From assembly GCA_016928915.1 (NCBI GenBank), contig JAFGJT010000009.1, forward strand, positions 60,347 through 124,346: a DNA stretch of 64,000 nt, in the 5' to 3' direction. The notes below the pieces were generated by a model, which ran no database searches, was not told the DNA's origin, and saw only the letters and a program-made list of their open reading frames with translations. A program made the translations under genes and the position numbers. This document shows positions 57,801 to 64,000 of the stretch, piece by piece (within the stretch, counting starts at the first letter, position 1; each line of letters begins with the position of its first letter). Source of the DNA: Candidatus Peregrinibacteria bacterium (GTDB lineage Bacteria > Patescibacteriota > Gracilibacteria > UBA1369 > PNNO01).

Positions 57801-58043
57801 TACCTCTTTAACACCCTCAACAATATTTTTTCTGTCAGCTTCAGGTACTTTTCTTAAGTCGATTTTATAATCAAGCTCAGATCCTCCCTGAAGATCAAGA
57901 CCAAGGTGAGTTTGCTGATTTTTAATAAAATCAGGAGCCCATGAAAGATATGGAGCTTTTATATTCGGTGGCAAATCGAGGAAACCTAAAATTGCCGCCA
58001 CGACAAGAATAATAATGACTTTAAGCAGGTTGTTGCCTTTCAT
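54858..58043 (-). CDS. secDF: SecD-SecF fusion translocase subunit with a parvulin-type PPIase domain inserted in the SecD periplasmic P1 loop
   Basis: 1061 aa. SecD start (HLGLDLQGGSELDY), P1 base (VAIFVGGDMISAPTV...GNFTLQEANALARDLNTGAIP), 12 TM segments overall, and a SecF half. Residues ~254-358 read as a rotamase (ISHILISY...FEDAANEFTDDPSGKNQGG...ETEFGFHILK). Confidence 0.92.
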   Translation of the reverse strand: MKGNNLLKVIIILVVAAILGFLDLPPNIKAPYLSWAPDFIKNQQTHLGLDLQGGSELDYKIDLRKVPEADRKNIVEGVKEVINRRVNSLGVSEPNIFISEVADESHIVVDLAGVDIEEAKEIIGKTIQLEFKEQKEATIDPNEKSAIENEANEILRAVKAGEDFVMKGKEEELSNPGRVTFFESEWKYKDEINNDIADKLFSLKKGEVYQGTVDSGGEYTVSSDGRLVEMTSINLLKLLDSQDAERTITTQRKVGISHILISYQGAERADESVIRTKDEARKRAEEILTKLKGGEKFEDAANEFTDDPSGKNQGGVLNDPAGDGLYTQAFESAALALTQSDQLSEIVETEFGFHILKAGTITPSTERKEIQKQIKYAKISYSTIPNPWKDTPLSGQHFKHAFVDTDDYFQPFVSIEFNDEGARLFAEITERNIGKPVAIFVGGDMISAPTVQVKIPDGKARITGNFTLQEANALARDLNTGAIPAPIILAGQYTIGATLGQEALNSSLWAGLIGIFLVAVFMIVYYRLPGLIAVIALSIYSAILLFLIQSTLHTVLAAFIAVGMFIYLMLKVLNSKDNGWEKLLTSTLAVFALFFIVYLLANPIVLTLAGIAGVILSIGMAVDANILIFERIKEEMRTGQPLSAALEIGFDKAWNSIRDSNFSSLITCAILFFFGSSIIQGFAFNLAAGILVSMFTAITITKSFIKLFVGTKLASNEFLFNSKPKKAHKTLKIIENTKIWVTLSGTMLGICVIALFAWGLPAGLDFTGGTLMQIKFENEVKPEEIKLGLEEIGKEISSLPAPAPAEEPIATVETPSIDPVIESGSEILDLSTANIIASSEGYIIKTKYMTNEQHDTIISKLQEKFGELEEIKFTTVGPVVGDAMKSKATLAIIVALIAIVLYIAFAFRKIPRNLSPWRFGICAIIALAHDVLLIIGIYAIFGFIFKVEVDALFITALLTILGFSVHDTIVVFDRIRDNLKHINRETSFKDVVNIALTQTMARSINTSFSTLLTLMALLLLGSSTLFWFVLALVLGVIIGTYSSVFVASTVLVWWDKRTKKA

Positions 58044-58061
58044 AGAATTTTGGATTAAATC

Positions 58062-58514
58062 TTAGTTTTTAAGTTGTTTATGTAAATTGATATCTATATC
58101 TTCATTATTGCCTTTGCCTTTTCTGCCGTAGTCATCGTGTAGTTTTACAACATCATCAAGTTCGGGGGTTGATACCTCAAAAATTTCTGAATCTTCAATG
58201 GCTTCGGCACGGTGAATAGTATATGGAAGAATATCAAATTTGTCACCTGGATTTAAAATTTTTTCCATCAGATTTTCTTTGTTTTGTCCGTAGGTCATTT
58301 TAATCCTTCCTGATCTTAAATATTGTGTTTCTTTCTTTTTTTCGTGATACTGAAGGGAAAACCTGTGTCCTTTTTTAAGCTCAAGGATTTTGCCCGCATA
58401 ATGGCTTGTTTCAGCAAACCATATTTCACGTCCCCATGGCTTTAGTTTTATTTGTACCGGGTTTTGCATCATATCCATGTATACCGAATTATTTGCCTCA
58501 ATACTATAGTGCAA
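58062..58514 (-). CDS. Cupin-fold protein, type II phosphomannose-isomerase-like
   Basis: KPWGREIWFAETSHYAGKILELKKGHRFSLQYHEKKKETQYL..., next to manC. The start may be an internal ATG (MDMMQNP). Confidence 0.75.
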   Translation of the reverse strand: MHYSIEANNSVYMDMMQNPVQIKLKPWGREIWFAETSHYAGKILELKKGHRFSLQYHEKKKETQYLRSGRIKMTYGQNKENLMEKILNPGDKFDILPYTIHRAEAIEDSEIFEVSTPELDDVVKLHDDYGRKGKGNNEDIDINLHKQLKN

Positions 58515-58532
58515 ATCGGCGTTTTTGGAAAG

Positions 58533-59606
58533 TTATAAATACTTTTTTGAATCTTTAAGCATTTCCACGATCTTTTTTACATCCTGGGATCTTGAAAGAG
58601 GGCAGATAAGAAGGGCATCTTTGGTATCTATAACTGCGATATTTTCAAGACCGATTGTTGCAATTATTTTTTTGGGATTATCGTTTCTTATAACACTGCC
58701 TTTTGTATCTATAATAAGATGTTTTCCGAAAATTATATTGTTGGATTTGTTTTTTGAAAGTTCATCATGGATTGATTCCCATGTGCCCACATCGCTCCAC
58801 CCAAAATCCGCCGGAATTATTTTAACTTCCGTGGTTTTAACTTTCTCCATAATTGCGTAGTCAACTGATATTTTTTGGCAGGCGGAATACTCTTTTTCAA
58901 TTACGGACTTTTCTTTTTTTGTTCCGACGGAAGCTTTGATTTTCATTAACTTATTATAAGTATCGGGTAGGTGTTTCTTGTATTTATCGAGAATTGTATT
59001 TATTTTCCAGACATACATTCCAGTGTTCCACAAATAATTTTTCGATTTTATAAAACTTAATGCCTTTTTATAATCAGGTTTTTCGGTAAATGCTTTCAAT
59101 TCAAGAATTATATTTCCATCAATTGTGTCTATTCTTTTTCCAACTTTTACCCATCCAAGATTAACATTGGGGAACCTCGCCTTGACTTCAATAATGTTAA
59201 GCGAGTTGTATTTTTTTGCTGCTTTCTCAGCTGTTTGCAGTTTTCTTTTAAATTGTTTTGCATCCTTAACAATATGGTCTGCATAAATTATTGCCATAAC
59301 TTCATGAGGATGATTGATGCTTAAAAGCGTTGCAGCATAACCTATACAGGTTGCCGTATCTCGCAAGGCAGGTTCGATTATGATATTTTTTTTTGGAAAT
59401 TTCGGAAGCTGTTTTGTGGTTTCTTTAACGAATTCTTTGTTGGTAGCAATATAAATATCATTTTTTTTCAAAAAAGAGATACGTTTTAATGTTTCCTGGA
59501 GCATGGTTTTTGTGCCGGTCAGTTTGTGTAACTGTTTTGGCTTTTTCATTCTGCTTACAGGCCAGAGTCTTGTTCCTACTCCGCCCGCCAGTATTACAGC
59601 TTTCAT
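58533..59606 (-). CDS. manC: Mannose-1-phosphate guanylyltransferase
   Basis: MKAVILAGGVGTRLWPVSRMKKPKQ nucleotidyltransferase N-terminus. The length of 357 aa and overall layout fit ManC/CpsB without the isomerase domain. Confidence 0.85.
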   Translation of the reverse strand: MKAVILAGGVGTRLWPVSRMKKPKQLHKLTGTKTMLQETLKRISFLKKNDIYIATNKEFVKETTKQLPKFPKKNIIIEPALRDTATCIGYAATLLSINHPHEVMAIIYADHIVKDAKQFKRKLQTAEKAAKKYNSLNIIEVKARFPNVNLGWVKVGKRIDTIDGNIILELKAFTEKPDYKKALSFIKSKNYLWNTGMYVWKINTILDKYKKHLPDTYNKLMKIKASVGTKKEKSVIEKEYSACQKISVDYAIMEKVKTTEVKIIPADFGWSDVGTWESIHDELSKNKSNNIIFGKHLIIDTKGSVIRNDNPKKIIATIGLENIAVIDTKDALLICPLSRSQDVKKIVEMLKDSKKYL

Positions 59607-61132
59607 GCTATTTTTTTTATTATTAATGATTTTCCGGTCATTTCTTTTGGCTTTTTCATCCCCAATATATCAAGTATTGTGGGTGCAATATCGCATAAAC
59701 CGCCGCGTTTTTTAAGTCTGGCATTTTTATATTTATCCGAGATCAAAATAAAAATTACAGGATTTAATGTATGAGAAGGGCATTCTTCACCTGTTTTTTC
59801 ATAGATTTTATATTCTGCATTACCGTGGTCAGCGGTTAAAAGAATATGGTAGCCAAGTTTTTTTGCAACAGGGATAATTTTCCCGATACATTTATCCAGG
59901 GTTTCAACCGCTTTAATTGTAGCTTTTAAATCCCCGGAATGGCCCACAAGATCGCCGTTGGCAAAGTTTAATACAATAAGTTTATATTCTTTATTTTTGA
60001 ATTCTTTTAATAACGCAGAAGTTATTTCTCTCGCGCTCATTTCGGGTTTCTGCGCATAAGAAGGGCATTTTTTTGATGGGATAAGAATTCTGTTTTCAAG
60101 AGGATACGGGTCTTTTTCCTGGCTGTTAAAAAAGAAAGTAACATGAGCGTATTTTTCGGTTTCCGCTATTCTCAGCTGAGGAAGCTTTTGTTTGCTTATA
60201 TATTTTCCTAAATTTAGATTGATTTTTGGCGGTTCAAATACAACAGGTGCAATTTTCGAATAAGGCCCGAAGCATACAAAGAAGGGGAGTATTGTTTTTT
60301 TTCTTTTAAACCCGGTGAACTTTTTATTTGTAAACGCTTCGGTTATCTGCTGAGCGCGATCACTTCTGTAATTAAAGAAAATCACACTGTCTTTTTCTTC
60401 TATAACTCCATTTTCATCAAAAACAACCGGTTTAATATAATAATCAGACTCCACACCTTTTTGATACTGTTTTTTTAATGCTTCAATCGGATTTTTTTCA
60501 TTTATTCCCTTCGCGAGAGTAAGCAGATCGTATGCTTTTTCAGTTCGTTTCCAGTTTCTGTCCCTGTCCATTGCGTAATATCGGCCAACCATGGTAGAAA
60601 GTGTCCCAACGCCGATTTTTTTTATTTCAGAAGCTATTTTTTTAAAAAAGACATCACTGGACCTTTCGGGAACGTCGCGGCCGTCCGTAAAAGCATGTAT
60701 ATAAACTTTTTTTATTTTATTTTGTTTTGCAAGTTTTAACAGGGCAAATAAATGATTAAAATCACTGTGAACACCCTGATCAGAAATCATTCCGATTAAA
60801 TGCAGTTTTGAATTGTGTTTTTTTACATTTTTTACAGCGTTTAAAAACGCCTTTTTTTTAAAAAAACTTTTGTTTTTTATTGACCTGTTTATTTCTTCGA
60901 GAGACTGCCAGACAATTCTGCCGGCACCAATTGTAAAATGACCGACTTCGGATCCTCCCTGTGAACCTTTAGGCAGCCCAACAGCATTACCTGATGTATC
61001 AAGAAGACATTTTGGATATTTTTTTCGCAAAGCATTAATATTTGGTGATTTTGCGAGTTTTACGGCATTTCCTTTATATGCCTTACCCTCGCCGTAGCCG
61101 TCGAGTATCATTAATAATACTTTGTTTTCCAT
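59603..61132 (-). CDS. gpmI: 2,3-bisphosphoglycerate-independent phosphoglycerate mutase
   Basis: 509 aa with MILDGYGEG, GGSEVGHFTIGAGR and ADHGNAE motifs. Its stop overlaps the manC start by 4 nt. Confidence 0.93.
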   Translation of the reverse strand: MENKVLLMILDGYGEGKAYKGNAVKLAKSPNINALRKKYPKCLLDTSGNAVGLPKGSQGGSEVGHFTIGAGRIVWQSLEEINRSIKNKSFFKKKAFLNAVKNVKKHNSKLHLIGMISDQGVHSDFNHLFALLKLAKQNKIKKVYIHAFTDGRDVPERSSDVFFKKIASEIKKIGVGTLSTMVGRYYAMDRDRNWKRTEKAYDLLTLAKGINEKNPIEALKKQYQKGVESDYYIKPVVFDENGVIEEKDSVIFFNYRSDRAQQITEAFTNKKFTGFKRKKTILPFFVCFGPYSKIAPVVFEPPKINLNLGKYISKQKLPQLRIAETEKYAHVTFFFNSQEKDPYPLENRILIPSKKCPSYAQKPEMSAREITSALLKEFKNKEYKLIVLNFANGDLVGHSGDLKATIKAVETLDKCIGKIIPVAKKLGYHILLTADHGNAEYKIYEKTGEECPSHTLNPVIFILISDKYKNARLKKRGGLCDIAPTILDILGMKKPKEMTGKSLIIKKIA

Positions 61133-61144
61133 TATATTATGTAT

Positions 61145-61918
61145 TTAAAGAAGGGTTGATTCGTAAAGTTTATATATACTGTCACCAAAAAAGATCACAA
61201 TAAATCCGGCAGTTACTAAAAACGGAGCAAACGGTATTCGCGTTTTGCCAGTTACTTTACCTCCCACCAGCAGCAATATACTTATTAGCGAGCCGAATAA
61301 ATAAGCAATCAGAAGACACATAATCAAATATTGCCATCCAAAAAGCATGCCTAGTATTATACCAACCTGCGTATCACCTGCGCCCATCCACTGTTCTTTG
61401 CTGGCCACTACCTGAAATCCAAAAAATATTCCAGCAGCAGCGCCGCCTATTGCCATATTAAGTATTCCGGGTGTCGGTAAAAATATTGATGCAATTAAAA
61501 TCAATACCATTACGGGAATCGTGAACAGCTCCGGGATTTCCATGTATTTCAAATCAAAAAAGAAAATCCCAATAAGCGAAAGGCTAATAACAGCATAATA
61601 AATATATATTAATGTGCTTTGCATCTCTGAAAAAGGAAATTTAAGGTATAAACCGGCCAATATCAAACCGCAAACCATTTCAAGAATAAAATACCAGACA
61701 CCTATGGGTTTTTTGCAGTGTCTGCATCGTCCGAGAGATCCCAAATAACTAAACAGGGGAATTAAATCACAAAAAGAAAGTTTTTTTTTGCATGCCGGAC
61801 ATTGCGATCTTCCGAAAAAGATTCCTTTTTTATCGGAATGAATCCTGTAAATCAGTACACTTAAAAAACTTCCGAATATCGTGCCGACAATGAACAAAAT
61901 TATTAAATTGAATATCAT
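61145..61918 (-). CDS. pilD: Type IV prepilin peptidase (A24 family)
   Basis: An N-terminal Cys motif (CPACKKKLSFCDLIPLFSY...CRHCKKPI) and catalytic Asp contexts (FFDLKYMEIP, GAGDTQVG). Confidence 0.88.
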   Translation of the reverse strand: MIFNLIILFIVGTIFGSFLSVLIYRIHSDKKGIFFGRSQCPACKKKLSFCDLIPLFSYLGSLGRCRHCKKPIGVWYFILEMVCGLILAGLYLKFPFSEMQSTLIYIYYAVISLSLIGIFFFDLKYMEIPELFTIPVMVLILIASIFLPTPGILNMAIGGAAAGIFFGFQVVASKEQWMGAGDTQVGIILGMLFGWQYLIMCLLIAYLFGSLISILLLVGGKVTGKTRIPFAPFLVTAGFIVIFFGDSIYKLYESTLL

Positions 61919-61923
61919 TTTTT

Positions 61924-63402
61924 TTAATTAAAAATATTAGCCATAAAATGTTCGTTTTCCTTAAGCAGCAGAGCATTATATCTTTGGGCGGCAAGATCAC
62001 CAACAGCATCCCCGGTGCCTAAGTTATACGCTTTTTTATAATACTCTTTTGCTTTGTTAAAATTGCCCTGTCTTTCAAACATCCAGCCTAAATTAAGGTA
62101 CGGAGCGTTAAATTTTTCATTTAATGCAATGGCTTTTTCAAGATTTTTTTTAGCGTTAATAAAATCATTATCCGCTACCTGAGCCCAGCCAATAAGATTA
62201 AAGCTCATAGGGTCGTTTGGGTTATGCAAAAGGGCTTTTTCGGCAAGTTTTACTGCTTTAGTCGGCTGATTTAATTTGTCTATATAAACCCACAAAGGCC
62301 TAACAAAATAATCAACATCAGTCGGATTCAGACTTATTACATTTTCATATTTATTGTTAGCTTTTTCGTATTCTTCTTTTTGAAAATACAATTCAGCAAG
62401 CTTTTGTTCTACATGAATTTTTGGCTCATAGCCGTTTTTTTCCGCAAGCTCCAGTTCCTTTATGGCTTCGTCTGTCTTGTCAGCTCCTGCGTAAGCCAAC
62501 CCCAGATAGAAGAGCGTTTGCGGGTTTTCGGGATCCTGTCTTTTTGCCTCGGTTAACGCGTCCACCGCGTCCTGGAATTTTTTTATTTTTAAGTATGAAT
62601 AACCCAGAATTATCCATGCGTCACGGTATTCGCGGTTTGTTCTCACAACATTCCATAACAGTTCTTTTGCCATTATCGGTTCATCAACAAGCACATAAGC
62701 TTTTGAAATCAATACCTTAAGGTGCTCATGCACTCCGGCTGAATATGTGTCAAATTCATTCATCGCATCTATGAACTTCTGCGCATTTGCTGTAACGTTT
62801 TGATTAGTATTATTTTGTATAACCGTGTTTAAAAGTCCGCGGCCTCTTTCATATTCTCCGGTAAATAATGCCAGTTCTCCCTGCAGGTATGCGACTTCGG
62901 GTTCATCGCTCATAACCGCATCAATAATGTTTTTTGCCTCCTGAAAGGCTTCAAGTCCAATATTTGCTTTTGCTGAAATTATTTTTCCCTGAACCGTCTG
63001 CGGATTTAATTTTACTATTCTTTCGCCCATAAGTTTAGTCTGTTCATAATTTCCAAGAATAAGCTGAAGTTCGCCCATTCTTATAAGGGGTTCTATTTTT
63101 GAAGGATTTGCATTGGAAGCCTGGGTATAAGAATCAACCGCAAGATTATAAAAACCTTTTTCATAATATAAGTTTCCTTTTTTAATCAGTTCGTCATAGG
63201 ATTTTTTTCTTTCAACTTTTTCACCTGTTTCTTCAGGTGTTTGTTCCGTTTCAGTTACCCCGAAAGGTGAAAGCACGGTTTCACCCGGTTCCGATGTCTT
63301 ATGCAGAAAAGGAATGTCGATTATATTAAAAATATACAGGGTTAATATAACCAGGGTAAAAGTGAGAAGAAGATTTAAAATTGTGAGTATTTTTTTTATC
63401 AT
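61924..63402 (-). CDS. Membrane-anchored TPR-repeat protein
   Basis: 492 aa with an N-terminal TM, then multiple 34-aa TPR units (for example NLGWMFERQGNFNKAKEYYKKA and LGLAYAGADKTDEAIKELELA). Confidence 0.8.
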   Translation of the reverse strand: MIKKILTILNLLLTFTLVILTLYIFNIIDIPFLHKTSEPGETVLSPFGVTETEQTPEETGEKVERKKSYDELIKKGNLYYEKGFYNLAVDSYTQASNANPSKIEPLIRMGELQLILGNYEQTKLMGERIVKLNPQTVQGKIISAKANIGLEAFQEAKNIIDAVMSDEPEVAYLQGELALFTGEYERGRGLLNTVIQNNTNQNVTANAQKFIDAMNEFDTYSAGVHEHLKVLISKAYVLVDEPIMAKELLWNVVRTNREYRDAWIILGYSYLKIKKFQDAVDALTEAKRQDPENPQTLFYLGLAYAGADKTDEAIKELELAEKNGYEPKIHVEQKLAELYFQKEEYEKANNKYENVISLNPTDVDYFVRPLWVYIDKLNQPTKAVKLAEKALLHNPNDPMSFNLIGWAQVADNDFINAKKNLEKAIALNEKFNAPYLNLGWMFERQGNFNKAKEYYKKAYNLGTGDAVGDLAAQRYNALLLKENEHFMANIFN

Positions 63403-63887
63403 GAGTATAATGCTTTGTTCCTTATAAAATTACCATGACACAGAGCGATTGCAAGAGCATCTGCGGCATCATCCGGCGAAGGGGCTGTATTTAATTTAAG
63501 CAGTATCTGTGTCATTTTTATTATCTGTTGTTTTTTTGCCTTTCCGTCGCTGCAGACAGCCTGTTTGATTTTTAAAGGGTTATATGAAGACACGGGTACA
63601 TTATTTTCACTAAGCTTCTGGATAATAACACCTCTTGCATGCGCAACCGCAATAGCAGTTTTTGTGTTTTTCGAAAAGAAAATTTCTTCGATTGCAGCCT
63701 GCTGCGGCTTGTATTTTTTAATTAAAAAATCTATATCTGATGCTATTTCTTTAAGACGGTCCTCTAAAGTTTTTTCTGCTTTTGTTTTTATACAGCCGAA
63801 ATTCAGTACTTTATATTCGTCATTATATTCTTCAATAATTCCGTATCCCGTGGTGGCGGTCCCTGGATCAATACCTAAAATACGCAT
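63399..63887 (-). CDS. ruvC: Holliday junction resolvase RuvC
   Basis: MRILGIDPGTATTGYGIIE...AIEEIFFSKN...DAADALAIALCH. Its stop overlaps the downstream start by 4 nt. Confidence 0.93.
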   Translation of the reverse strand: MRILGIDPGTATTGYGIIEEYNDEYKVLNFGCIKTKAEKTLEDRLKEIASDIDFLIKKYKPQQAAIEEIFFSKNTKTAIAVAHARGVIIQKLSENNVPVSSYNPLKIKQAVCSDGKAKKQQIIKMTQILLKLNTAPSPDDAADALAIALCHGNFIRNKALYS

Positions 63888-64000
63888 ACAAAGGCTTTTA
63901 TTACATCCTTAATATAATACTTTTATATCACTATTGAAACAATATGTTTTTCTTTGGAATAAGCGTACAAAATAACTGCTTTTTCACCTCTGCTGACGCA

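Noticed and set aside
58525-58860. A 111-aa plus-strand ORF lies antisense to manC. Many similar antisense ORFs sit inside hppA, secDF, gatA, the giant genes and others.
   Set aside because: They are fully embedded antisense to strongly supported genes, and their translations are low-complexity and Ser/Leu/Phe-rich. They are shadow ORFs.
63923-64000. An open minus-strand frame at the window edge (...CVSRGEKAVILYAYSKEKHIVSIVI, then a stop) could be the 3' end of a gene upstream of ruvC.
   Set aside because: Only 25 codons are visible and no family can be assigned. That is too little evidence to call a CDS.

Overview
This is a visibly AT-rich, very gene-dense bacterial chromosomal segment. It reads cleanly with the standard code: UGA terminates several well-supported genes, so it is not a UGA-recoded lineage. 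I can support about 50 protein-coding genes and one tRNA-Arg(UCG). I see no rRNA, CRISPR array, transposase or integrase. Most content is housekeeping: groEL (5'-truncated by the window edge), pyrH-frr-rseP, dnaA, mltG, ybaB, rplY, a K+-independent H+-pyrophosphatase, rel, recO, ftsX, gatCA, holA, tpiA, hpf, murE-truB-GT4 transferase, dnaG-rpoD-greA, lgt, pyrG, trpS, priA, secDF, manC, gpmI, pilD and ruvC. Gene spacing is tight, with several 1-4 nt start/stop overlaps and convergent 3' overlaps. Usual operon partners are scattered (gatCA without gatB, ftsX without ftsE, dnaA without dnaN), and two enzymes are archaeal-type (TIM and a RibL-like FAD synthetase). These traits fit an ultrasmall Patescibacteria/CPR-like bacterium, but that is inference only. 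The stand-out region is 24.2-34.0 kb on the minus strand. It is an orphan three-gene operon with its own near-consensus promoter. It encodes a 1861-aa protein with no signal peptide and a glycine-zipper core, a 178-aa membrane-anchored protein, and a 1181-aa Cys-rich secreted protein with tandem repeats. I recognise none of them as a described family, and this is my best candidate for an undescribed surface, host-contact or pore-forming system. Secondary oddities are a SecDF fusion carrying a parvulin PPIase domain in its periplasmic loop, a duplicated two-hairpin RNA-like module abutting the tRNA 3' end, and a PilC-N-like coiled-coil membrane protein. All domain calls come from reading the translations by eye; no database search was run.
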